The notes beneath the pieces were generated by a model. That model was not told the origin of the DNA and did no database searches. It saw only the letters and a list, made by a program, of their open reading frames with translations. This document shows positions 55,732 to 64,000 of a DNA stretch of 64,000 bases, one piece after another; position 1 is the first letter of the stretch, and every line of letters starts with the position of its first letter. The DNA is from a bacterium (GTDB taxonomy: Bacteria; Zixibacteria; MSB-5A5; GN15; FEB-12), in NCBI GenBank assembly GCA_016708025.1, contig JADJGQ010000004.1, positions 196,903 to 260,902 of the forward strand. The letters run 5' to 3'. A program made the position numbers and the translations under genes.

Positions 55732-56502
55732 ATGTCAGATGCTGAATGGAAAACTGCGATAACTGATATCGGCCCCGGGAAGATCCGGGTGCGGGGGTAC
55801 GATATTGCCGATATCATGGCCAACTTGTCCTATGCCGAGGTGGTCTACTTGATTCTGAAGGGGGAATTGCCGACCAAGGCCGAGGCGGCTTTGATGAATG
55901 CCATACTGGTTTCATCGATCGACCACGGCGCCTCGCCGCCCTCGGTTCTCGGCACACGAACGGTTCTCTCGGGCGGAAATTCGCTCAACGCGGCGATCGC
56001 TGGCGGAGTACTGGTTATCGGTGATACTCATGGCGGCGCGATCGAGCAGTCCGCGAAGATCCTTCAGGAGTGGGCGAAAAAAGAGGGAGAGCCATCTGTG
56101 CTCGCCGCCCAGATCGTCGATTGGCTCAATCAAACCAAAAAGCGAATGCCGGGATTCGGCCATCGCCTGCATAACGTTGACCCGCGCACGGGGAAACTGT
56201 TTGAGATAGCGGCGACACATGGCTACAGCGGCCGGCATATCGAGATCTGCAAAGCGCTGGAGACGGCCCTGGCGCAGAAGACGGGGAAGCAGCTTCCGAT
56301 CAACGTGGATGGCGCTATTGCGGCGGTGATCTCCGATATGGGGTTTGACTGGAGACTCGGCAAAGGGTTCTTTATCATCTCCCGCACACCGGGATTATTG
56401 GCGCACGCTTACGAAGAGATGACCCGGGAGAAGCCGATGCGGAAGCTTGGGCCAATGCCATTTGAGTATGATGGTCCGGCCGAACGGAAGATCCCGAAGT
56501 AG
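55732..56502 (+). CDS. short citrate-synthase-family protein, citryl-CoA lyase-like
   Basis: Trimmed to the ATG at 55732 (MSDAEWK), with AGAGG upstream. About 257 aa, with the citrate-synthase catalytic region GDTHGGA...PGFGHRLH..DPR. The length matches the short citryl-CoA lyase type rather than a full citrate synthase. Confidence 0.7.
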   Translation: MSDAEWKTAITDIGPGKIRVRGYDIADIMANLSYAEVVYLILKGELPTKAEAALMNAILVSSIDHGASPPSVLGTRTVLSGGNSLNAAIAGGVLVIGDTHGGAIEQSAKILQEWAKKEGEPSVLAAQIVDWLNQTKKRMPGFGHRLHNVDPRTGKLFEIAATHGYSGRHIEICKALETALAQKTGKQLPINVDGAIAAVISDMGFDWRLGKGFFIISRTPGLLAHAYEEMTREKPMRKLGPMPFEYDGPAERKIPK

Positions 56503-56599
56503 ATTTTTTATCCAAAATTACGTATCTTGTCAACCGGCATCCAGTATTGGGTGCCGGTTCTGTTGATTCACTGCAAACAAATATCCAGATCAGGGAATA

Positions 56600-58657
56600 A
56601 TGGCCAAGGCACGTCAGTCATCCATTACGGCATCGTCATTTGGAAAGCCGGGGCAGGTCGCGATGGTGATCTATGCGTTCGCCCTGGTCGCATATGCGAT
56701 AGCCGCCTTGGTCCCGACTGCCCGGATATGGGGGATCAACTGGTGGGGGTACTTTCCGATTTGGTCAATTGGGATCTGGCTGCTGCTAGGTTGCCTGCTC
56801 GCTGTTGCTGCTGTGAGAGCAGCCGATCGAGGCGGTTCTGCCGCAGGCGACAGAGATCTCTCTTCCAAATTCTACTGGATAGCCAGTCTTGGGACGGTTG
56901 GATCGATTATTCTAGCGTCTTTTCTTTTTCCAGCTACCACACACTTTTCCGGCGATGGCTACCAGTTGTTGAGCAGGCTTGCGGATGGTCGCACGATCTC
57001 CAAGGACTGGGATATAGGCTCGACAGCGCTGATCGAGTGGGTAAACAGGATATTTGACTGGAACAACGGCCCCGGCGCGCTCAGAACCTATCAGGTGGTC
57101 TCACTGGTAGCCGGTATTCTGGCGACTTTTGGATCGATTCTGTTGATTCAGCGACTTCAAGCGAACCGACTTCAGCGGTTGCTCTTTCTATTGGGGATGG
57201 TGACCGGTGGATATCTCTTGCTGTTTTTCGGACATGTGGAGAATTACGGCCTGCTGGTCGCACTGGTGCTTTTGTATTCGCTGGCCGGATATCTGGTCGC
57301 GGTGAATCGACTTTCCATAGTTTGGCTGATCCCGCTACTAGCAATCGCGCTGTTCCTTCACTTGATAGCCGTATCACTGATCCCCAGTTTTCTCTATCTG
57401 GCTACGCGCAATAGCAGTCTTCACGCCAGGCTGGAAGCGATCATCGCTCCAAGGCGCAGAGTGGTCGCGATCGTGGCCACAATTGTTCTGGCTGTTGTCT
57501 ATTTCGGGATCCAGCAGAATCTGCTGTTCCTGCAGTTCGCTCTGTTGCCGTTACTCCCTGACAGATTTGCAGTCGAAGGAGAGTGGCTCTTTTCGCCGAA
57601 ACATCTGATCGATATGCTGAATCTGGTGCTATTGCTCAGCCCGATGTCGCTTTTGCTTTTGATACAACGTTGGGGTGGAGAGGCAGACAATAGGGAAGCG
57701 ACCATCTCGCGCTATCTCGGGCTCCTGGTTCTGGGGACACTGGGCATGGTGTTTCTGATGCGGTCCGGGATCGGGATGCCGCGCGATTGGGATCTTTTCG
57801 CGATAGCCGGTCCGCCGCTGGTCTTGTCGACACTGGTGGTCCTGTTTCGCTGGGGGAGTGATAAGCGATGGTTGGTGCCGGTGATCGGATTGGCGATCTC
57901 GCTCAATCTGTTGATGTTGATCCCAAGGCTTATCGTCAATGTGCAGGGGGAGATAGCGGTACAACATTTTCGCGCATACCTTGATCTGGATTTTCTGCGC
58001 GGGCGGAACGCGCGAAAGCTGTTGGTGAATTATTACCGCGAAACGGGCAAGGTAATGGCGGCGGAACGTGAGCAGTCGCGAGCCGAGTCAGATTATCCGG
58101 AGAGTCATTTGTCCAGACAGGCGGCGACGCAATTGGCTAGTGGCAAGTATGCCGAGGCGGCATCGACCTATTGGCGGGTTATCGAAATGAATCCGCTTTA
58201 TCCTGATGGTTGGGCCAATCTTGGCGCAACGTACATGAATTTGGACAAACTGGACAGCGCGCATCATCTGCTGATGATCGCCAATCAAATGAATCCGAAT
58301 AACCAGCAGATCATCAATAATCTTGGGGTGGCTTCCACGAAATTGCAGCGACTCGAGGAAGCCGAGCGGTGGATACAGCGCGCGCTGGCGATCGACAGCA
58401 ATTACTGGCGGGCACATGGGAATTATGCCTATCTTCGATTGAGACAGGGGAGAGTGCCAGAGGCAATCGAATATTTCAGAAAGGTCTCAACCTTTGAGGG
58501 AGTGCCGGGGGAGTATCTCCGGACGATGGGCGATACGCTCGTCAGTATGAATGCGCCTGACCAGGCGCTTGAGCTTTATCGTATGGCGCTGGAGATCGGA
58601 CTCGACAGCACTAAAGGGACCGACCTGCTGAATCGCTATCCGCAATTGCGCAATTGA
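56600..58657 (+). CDS. large polytopic membrane protein with C-terminal TPR repeats (possible GT-C-fold glycosyltransferase)
   Basis: 685 aa with about 12 hydrophobic segments, then about 200 aa of TPR-like repeats (YPDGWANLGATYMNLDKLDSAHHLLMIANQMNP...). Confidence 0.55.
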   Translation: MAKARQSSITASSFGKPGQVAMVIYAFALVAYAIAALVPTARIWGINWWGYFPIWSIGIWLLLGCLLAVAAVRAADRGGSAAGDRDLSSKFYWIASLGTVGSIILASFLFPATTHFSGDGYQLLSRLADGRTISKDWDIGSTALIEWVNRIFDWNNGPGALRTYQVVSLVAGILATFGSILLIQRLQANRLQRLLFLLGMVTGGYLLLFFGHVENYGLLVALVLLYSLAGYLVAVNRLSIVWLIPLLAIALFLHLIAVSLIPSFLYLATRNSSLHARLEAIIAPRRRVVAIVATIVLAVVYFGIQQNLLFLQFALLPLLPDRFAVEGEWLFSPKHLIDMLNLVLLLSPMSLLLLIQRWGGEADNREATISRYLGLLVLGTLGMVFLMRSGIGMPRDWDLFAIAGPPLVLSTLVVLFRWGSDKRWLVPVIGLAISLNLLMLIPRLIVNVQGEIAVQHFRAYLDLDFLRGRNARKLLVNYYRETGKVMAAEREQSRAESDYPESHLSRQAATQLASGKYAEAASTYWRVIEMNPLYPDGWANLGATYMNLDKLDSAHHLLMIANQMNPNNQQIINNLGVASTKLQRLEEAERWIQRALAIDSNYWRAHGNYAYLRLRQGRVPEAIEYFRKVSTFEGVPGEYLRTMGDTLVSMNAPDQALELYRMALEIGLDSTKGTDLLNRYPQLRN

Positions 58658-58663
58658 GCCAAG

Positions 58664-60754
58664 ATGGAAATACAACCTTCATCGAACAATCAGCGATCAC
58701 TGCCTTGGTGGGCAATTCTGATGCTCATTCTCCTGACCGGGGTGAGTCTGCGAGTCGCGGATCTCACTGCCGATCTCCCCGGATATTTCGCCAGTAAATC
58801 ACAGGACCTGACCACTGATGGATCGTTCCTGACGCTGTATGCCCGGAATCAGATCGAGCAGGGGAGTTGGGATCCGCTCGGCTATACTCCCTGGCGCGAA
58901 TTTAAGCTGTCGCTGGTGACCGGCGTAAGTTACCTGACGTATACTACAATCGGCGTAAGCAGGTATGCATCAAATCTGGTCGGTGTGATTCTGAGCGCGG
59001 TCGGACTGATCCTCTTCTTGTTCGCCCTGGCACCATCGCTTTCTCGGAGGGGGATGGCGTATGCATCGGTAGCGCTGGCGGTCAGTTATCCGCTGATCAT
59101 CTACTCCCGCACCCCCCTGTCAGAAAACAGCCTGATCTTCTTTCTGGGCCTTATCTATCTGGTCTTAAGTCGCTTTTCCAGATTCTGGTGGGGAATTTTG
59201 CTAGCGGGAGCACTTGCGGCTCTTGCCGGATTATTGGGGAAAAGTAGCGGGTTTCTCCTGCTTGGACCATTGCTGATCGTCACACTTGCCCGATCCGAAA
59301 ATCGTACGCGCAGTAGTCTTCTGGTGGTTGCGTCATTCCTGACAGCCAGTCTGGTATACAGCCTCCTGTTTCTGGGGGAGCGTGGTCTGCTACAGTTCAT
59401 CCTGGCTCACACGGTCGCGCAACCTGGAGCGCCGGTCGGACTCAGTTCGCCGATCGGGTTTATTGAGACAATCATTTCATTTGGACGATCACGAATTCAT
59501 CAGTTAGCTCCGGTCGAGAGTCTGCTGGCGTATCTGGGCGTGTTGTCCGTGATCCTGAGAGGTATGCCGCGAACCGAACTGGCCAGAACGGCTTTGCTGT
59601 TTAATCTTGGATTAGTGTTGCTCTGGATATTGGGAATCGCGCCGTTCAACTATCTGCCGATGCGCTATGCTCTGCTGATCCTCCCATCCTTGACTGCGCT
59701 TGGCGCTCTCTGGCTTGACCGCGATGAATCCCAGGCACGCGTAACGCTTCGACAAATCGGCTGGTCGCGGCGACTCGCGCTTCTGCTCCTGAATTGGTAC
59801 CTGTTATTCGTCCTGGCGAATAGCCTGATCAGCGAAACGATGGTGTATGACGTTATTCAGCGGCAGGTCTGGTACGCGCTGGCAGGCGCAGTCTTGGTGA
59901 CCATCATTCAATTGCTGATCACCGGAAAACTGAGCAATCTCTTTTCGGCCAGTTATCGCGGTTGGTTAATGCCGGCATGCGTGGTCGCAGTGATAGCTAT
60001 CTCGTCTTGGCAGGTAGGGAGTTGGTGGGGGAGACGGACACACACTATTGATGAGGCAGTGAGAGATATCGCGGCGGTTGTCGGAAAAGACGCGGCGATC
60101 GGCGGCCCGTATGGCCCGGTACTTGCCGATGGAAATGGACGGCAGGGATTCCCATTGTTCATCGCCGAGGACTTTGATAAGTCGCGCGATATACTCAAGA
60201 AGTATGGGGTGACCCATCTGGCGCTGCTCAATGAGGATTGGCAGCGGCTCCAGAGTACTATCCCGGAAATGAGAAAAAGTTCGGTGGTCGCAAAATACTG
60301 GCTGCGGGATAATACTATCGTTCTGGTCAGGGTAGCTGGACTGTTCGGCGGAAGTGCCGCGACCTATAAGATGAGTTCGTATGAGTTGGCGCTTCTGGCA
60401 ACCGAGCATGGGGACAACAACACTGCGCTTGCTTTGCTCCAGTCGGCAATGGCGGAGTACCCGGATGCAAAGTCTCCCGCGATCAGCTATTACCATCTGT
60501 CGGTGACGCCGCAATCTATCGCCGGACTTGAGCCGACAATCCAACGTTTGCTGGCGGCCAACGGGTCGGATTTCACGATCAATCTTCTCGCCGCTGTCTA
60601 TTACCGGCATCTGGCGCAGATCAGCGGGGCGAATCAGTACAGTGACCGTGCGGAGCAGCTCAGGGCCGAGGCGGTCCGACTCTGTCCGGAGAATGAAACG
60701 GTTGTTCAAAACGGTTTTCAGCATTATGATCCGACTGTCCGGATCCTGCAATAG
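58664..60754 (+). CDS. large polytopic membrane protein with a soluble C-terminal TPR-like domain (possible ArnT/PMT-like GT-C glycosyltransferase)
   Basis: 696 aa. The N-terminal loop ADLTADLPGYFASKSQDLTTDGSFLTLYA contains acidic residues where GT-C enzymes carry their catalytic Asp. Clear paralog of the next gene. Confidence 0.55.
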   Translation: MEIQPSSNNQRSLPWWAILMLILLTGVSLRVADLTADLPGYFASKSQDLTTDGSFLTLYARNQIEQGSWDPLGYTPWREFKLSLVTGVSYLTYTTIGVSRYASNLVGVILSAVGLILFLFALAPSLSRRGMAYASVALAVSYPLIIYSRTPLSENSLIFFLGLIYLVLSRFSRFWWGILLAGALAALAGLLGKSSGFLLLGPLLIVTLARSENRTRSSLLVVASFLTASLVYSLLFLGERGLLQFILAHTVAQPGAPVGLSSPIGFIETIISFGRSRIHQLAPVESLLAYLGVLSVILRGMPRTELARTALLFNLGLVLLWILGIAPFNYLPMRYALLILPSLTALGALWLDRDESQARVTLRQIGWSRRLALLLLNWYLLFVLANSLISETMVYDVIQRQVWYALAGAVLVTIIQLLITGKLSNLFSASYRGWLMPACVVAVIAISSWQVGSWWGRRTHTIDEAVRDIAAVVGKDAAIGGPYGPVLADGNGRQGFPLFIAEDFDKSRDILKKYGVTHLALLNEDWQRLQSTIPEMRKSSVVAKYWLRDNTIVLVRVAGLFGGSAATYKMSSYELALLATEHGDNNTALALLQSAMAEYPDAKSPAISYYHLSVTPQSIAGLEPTIQRLLAANGSDFTINLLAAVYYRHLAQISGANQYSDRAEQLRAEAVRLCPENETVVQNGFQHYDPTVRILQ

Positions 60755-60784
60755 ATCAGGTCGGACAGACGGGATCAGAACGAG

Positions 60785-62854
60785 ATGAAAAAGCGCGCTT
60801 TATTTTACCTGGCATTGTTGGCGGCGTTCGCCCTGGCGGTTGGCCTTCGAATTACTGACATCACGGCAGACCTTCCGGCCTATTTTAGCGGCGGTGGACA
60901 GGACTTTACCACTGACTCCTCCTACCTGACATTGTATGCCAAGACCGCAGTTCAATTCGGCAGTTGGGATCTGTTTGGATTTGAGCCCTGGAGCGCGTTT
61001 AAGATCTCGATGATCTCAGGAGTCAGTTACCTCCTGTTTCTCGTGCTGGGAGTCTCACGGGCAACTGCCGCTTATGCCGGGACAGTTCTCCAGCTCTGCA
61101 GTCTGGCGCTGATAATAATCGGGTTGGCTCGGTATCTGAAACCTCGGTCTCTTGTCATGGTCGCCGTGCTATTTGCCACTAACTATCTGCTGGTGTTATA
61201 CGGACGGGTTCCGTTCTCAGAGAACGGAATGCTTTTCGTCGCTGCGCTCACGTTTCTGGTTTACGCATACTGGTTTGATCGGCTGTGGGGGAAGATCGCG
61301 GTTGGAGTGTTGATCGCATTGACCGCGCTATTGGGAAAAAGTTTCGGTTTCCTGCTCGCAGGCGGGCCGATCCTCTACTTGTTGATGACTGAGCGAAAGA
61401 AAGCAATCATGCCGGCGATATGGGTAATCGCGCCGATCATCGCCACCACGCTTATCTTTACGTCGATCTTCCACGGCGAGTCCGGGCTGTTTGGATTTAT
61501 TTATGAGTACGGGGTTGGTGAGCATGGCACGCCTCACGGATTCAGTTCACCGCTTGGATTCTTTGAGTCATTGATCTCGATCTCCTCCACCGGGCTGCAT
61601 GAATATACGCCGGCGCTGAGTATTCTCTTTTGGATTGCCGCGCTCATCCTGATCTGCACTACTCGCAAGCCCGATCCGTCCTCCAAGATCATGCTGTTCA
61701 TGGTCGGTTGGGTAATCTCCTGGCTGGTGGCGCTGTCACCATTCAACTATCACCCGGTCCGCTATCTGTTTGTGGTGATGATCCCGATCACAGTGATACT
61801 TGCCCTGGCGATCGAACGGCTGCAGGATGGCGGGTTGGCGCTGGTCAAGAAATGGCCGGTATGGCGAATGGTTCTGTTGCTGCTGGTCAATTGGTACGCG
61901 GCATTTACGCTGGGCAAAGGGATCTTTTACGATACCCGCGTGCCGGAAGTGATGCATCCGTTGGTCTGGAAGGCGCTGATAGCCGGCCTGTTGGTCAGTG
62001 CAGTTGTCTTTCTATTGGCGAGAGTTTCAAAATGGAAACCGATCATCGCGAACTCTGTACTAGTGCTGGTCGCGGTTGGGGGGATAGTCATGGCGACTGA
62101 TCTCTGGCAGTTCGGTCAGTGGTTCAGGATCAGGACGCACATGATCGATGATGCCGCGCGCGACACGGCGGCCCTTCTTGGTCCGGGAGCAGTAGTGGGG
62201 GGGCAGTATGGCCCCGCGGTTACATCGGACTCGAAATTCGGCAGTCTGCGGCTTTTTCTCCGGGATGATATACAGACGTTTCGTGAGCAATTACGGCAAT
62301 ATCCAGTGACGCATATTGCAGTTGGAAACAATAGTTTGGCCGACCAGATCGGCAATAGCGAACTGCTTAAGCGGGCGCCGGTGCTGACCACATTCTGGCT
62401 TCGGGATAATTTCGTGAAATTGCTTCGAGTAAATCACTTGAGCGGCAACGCTGAGGCGGAAAGATATCGGCCGAGTGAGTTTGAAGTGGCGATCGATCTT
62501 ATGTATGCCCGACGGTTCGAAGAGGCGGAACAGATGCTGGGGAGATTCATCCGCCAGCACCCGAAAAACAAGGCCGCGCTTCTCGAACAGTATTATCTAG
62601 TACAGTTCGTCCGGGGGCCAGCGGCCGCCAAGGATGCGCTTGACGCCTTGTACGCTAATTTCCACTCCGATTATGCGATCGGTCTGACTGCCGCGATCTA
62701 CTACAAGCAGATGGCAGAGCAGACTGGAAGCGCGGAAGCGCGGGCGAAAAGCCAGCGGTATCTTGAAGAGTCTGTTCGACTCAGTGGAAGTCAGGCGGAG
62801 AATACCCGCCGTATGTTTAGTACCTATCTCCCTTCAGATCGTGTGGTGAAATAG
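60785..62854 (+). CDS. paralog of 58664..60754: polytopic membrane protein with a TPR-like C-terminus
   Basis: 689 aa. TDITADLPAYFSGGGQDFTTDSSYLTLYA and many further blocks are collinear with the upstream gene. Confidence 0.55.
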   Translation: MKKRALFYLALLAAFALAVGLRITDITADLPAYFSGGGQDFTTDSSYLTLYAKTAVQFGSWDLFGFEPWSAFKISMISGVSYLLFLVLGVSRATAAYAGTVLQLCSLALIIIGLARYLKPRSLVMVAVLFATNYLLVLYGRVPFSENGMLFVAALTFLVYAYWFDRLWGKIAVGVLIALTALLGKSFGFLLAGGPILYLLMTERKKAIMPAIWVIAPIIATTLIFTSIFHGESGLFGFIYEYGVGEHGTPHGFSSPLGFFESLISISSTGLHEYTPALSILFWIAALILICTTRKPDPSSKIMLFMVGWVISWLVALSPFNYHPVRYLFVVMIPITVILALAIERLQDGGLALVKKWPVWRMVLLLLVNWYAAFTLGKGIFYDTRVPEVMHPLVWKALIAGLLVSAVVFLLARVSKWKPIIANSVLVLVAVGGIVMATDLWQFGQWFRIRTHMIDDAARDTAALLGPGAVVGGQYGPAVTSDSKFGSLRLFLRDDIQTFREQLRQYPVTHIAVGNNSLADQIGNSELLKRAPVLTTFWLRDNFVKLLRVNHLSGNAEAERYRPSEFEVAIDLMYARRFEEAEQMLGRFIRQHPKNKAALLEQYYLVQFVRGPAAAKDALDALYANFHSDYAIGLTAAIYYKQMAEQTGSAEARAKSQRYLEESVRLSGSQAENTRRMFSTYLPSDRVVK

Positions 62855-62857
62855 ATT

Positions 62858-63694
62858 ATGACCAATCGAAATCTCTTTCTTCTTTTGGCGGCAATGGCGA
62901 CAGGATCGCTGATTCAATGTAGCTCGCCCAAAAAGGTGACTGTGGCCGATGAAATTCCGGCAGAAGCACCCGCCGTGATCCCGGTAGATCTGAAGGTCGA
63001 GCCGGGCAATGAACGGATGACGATCGAATGGAAACAACAGGGGGACGGGCTGATCTCGGGGTACAACATTTATATCAGCGAATCACCGATCTTGTCGGAT
63101 ACTGCGGCTCCGGTCAATTTCGCGCCATATCCCGGCGATACAGACCCCGATGATGGCGTGGAGCGTTACGAAGCGGGTAGTCTCGAAAATGGGAAGAAGT
63201 ATTTCGTGACTGTCAGGGTGATCAATCCGGATCGAACCCTCTCGGCGCCCTCCAATCAGGCAATGACCATTTGCGGGCCGCGGGGCGAGATCTTGCTTGA
63301 TTCGCGATTTGCCGGAGAACAGGATGGATACGCACTGACCCGAGCCGCGTACGTCCGCTCCCAGAGTGATCAAAATGATCTCTATTTTTATAACTCAGGG
63401 GGAACTGATTATCTCGCCTCGCCGGACCGGCTTGATGGTTACAATCGAAAGAGCAGGTTCAATAAGCTGTCGTTGAAAGGGAGTCTCGCGGAGATCCGCT
63501 CGCGCGTGAGAAGTGTCAGTGAAATACCCAAGGCGGATCGCATCGCGGTCAAAGTCGGTGATTGGGTCCACGTGCGGACAGCGGATAACCGGAATGGTCT
63601 GCTACATGTGATCGGGTTTGCTGGCGAAGGGAAAGCGCGCGGTATTCGACTGGAGATTGCGTTTTGTCCGGCCGAGAATGAGATGATCTTCTGA
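62858..63694 (+). CDS. lipoprotein with a fibronectin type III-like domain
   Basis: Signal peptide with the lipobox LIQC. LKVEPGNERMTIEWKQQGDGLISGYNIYIS is a typical FN3 beginning. It starts 3 nt after the upstream stop. Confidence 0.5.
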   Translation: MTNRNLFLLLAAMATGSLIQCSSPKKVTVADEIPAEAPAVIPVDLKVEPGNERMTIEWKQQGDGLISGYNIYISESPILSDTAAPVNFAPYPGDTDPDDGVERYEAGSLENGKKYFVTVRVINPDRTLSAPSNQAMTICGPRGEILLDSRFAGEQDGYALTRAAYVRSQSDQNDLYFYNSGGTDYLASPDRLDGYNRKSRFNKLSLKGSLAEIRSRVRSVSEIPKADRIAVKVGDWVHVRTADNRNGLLHVIGFAGEGKARGIRLEIAFCPAENEMIF

Positions 63695-63699
63695 GCGGA

Positions 63700-64000
63700 T
63701 CAGCGCATCCGCTTTTCGATCGCGTCGCCAAAACGCTCGATATCGGTCATCTCCAGATAGACCTGTCCGGAGATCCGCATCCATAATTGGCCATTCCAGC
63801 CATGTATCTGGGCCTCGATCTTTTCCTCAAACAACATTTGGTCGCGCAGCGCAAACGCATCCGCTTTGGTACTTCCGAACGAGAGTGGCAGGGGGAGAGT
63901 CGCCATCGTCCCGATCATCTCTTTCGGAGTCGTGAGCGAAGTGCCAAATCGCTTGCAGAGACGGTTGGCTCCTTCCCATGCCACCGAATGGTTGTATTGT
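63700..64000 (-). CDS. C-terminal fragment of a class V aminotransferase-like PLP enzyme (gene continues beyond the right edge)
   Basis: The open frame reaches the window edge. The ending ...LWMRISGQVYLEMTDIERFGDAIEKRMR resembles the xxRIS.xxYN...D.erL C-terminus of class V aminotransferases and isopenicillin-N-epimerase-like proteins. Confidence 0.5.
   Translation of the reverse strand, partial: QYNHSVAWEGANRLCKRFGTSLTTPKEMIGTMATLPLPLSFGSTKADAFALRDQMLFEEKIEAQIHGWNGQLWMRISGQVYLEMTDIERFGDAIEKRMR

Noticed and set aside
1-64000. CRISPR arrays, transposases or integrases, prophage genes, toxin-antitoxin or other defence systems, tRNA and rRNA genes
   Set aside because: I found no direct-repeat/spacer periodicity, no recombinase, RT or nuclease-type ORFs, and no tRNA T-arm (GGTTCGAATCC-like) or rRNA signatures while reading both strands. 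The window looks like core chromosome.

Overview
This is a 64-kb chromosomal segment from an unidentified, moderately GC-rich bacterium, possibly a metagenome-assembled genome. It carries about 65 protein genes in tightly packed, often translationally coupled operons. I recognised no rRNA, tRNA, tmRNA, CRISPR array, transposase, integrase or phage gene. Left to right: a satP fragment; an ABC-2 exporter; a PAS-LuxR regulator; a truncated 5'-nucleotidase running into an abnormal G-homopolymer region; an aroH-aroF-tyrA-aminotransferase (tyrosine) operon; GNAT, REC-LuxR, YihY and EttA genes; a cluster of exported hydrolases (two transglutaminase-like paralogs, a serine hydrolase, a MarR-GNAT fusion, an S41 peptidase); two ABC systems, one MacAB-like with an adaptor; a complete Rrf2-sufCBD-Rieske-sufSUT operon; mntP; aceK preceded by two tandem small paralogs; rdgB, a YiiX-like gene, murI, an amidase and smpB; two CheY-like regulators; a 9-gene operon joining a four-subunit 2-oxoacid:ferredoxin oxidoreductase to NuoE/NuoF/NuoG-N-terminal-like flavoprotein subunits; a citryl-CoA-lyase-like gene; and three tandem ~690-aa polytopic TPR membrane proteins plus an FN3 lipoprotein. 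The strongest novelty candidate is an unannotated 37-codon, tyrosine-codon-rich leader ORF. It sits between a near-consensus promoter and an intrinsic terminator, and an 11-bp alternative antiterminator pairing is available. This fits a ribosome-mediated Tyr attenuator in front of the tyrosine operon. The second candidate is the oxidoreductase/flavoprotein operon, which has no hydrogenase or formate dehydrogenase catalytic module. All functional calls rest on motifs I recognised by eye in the translations; I ran no database search.
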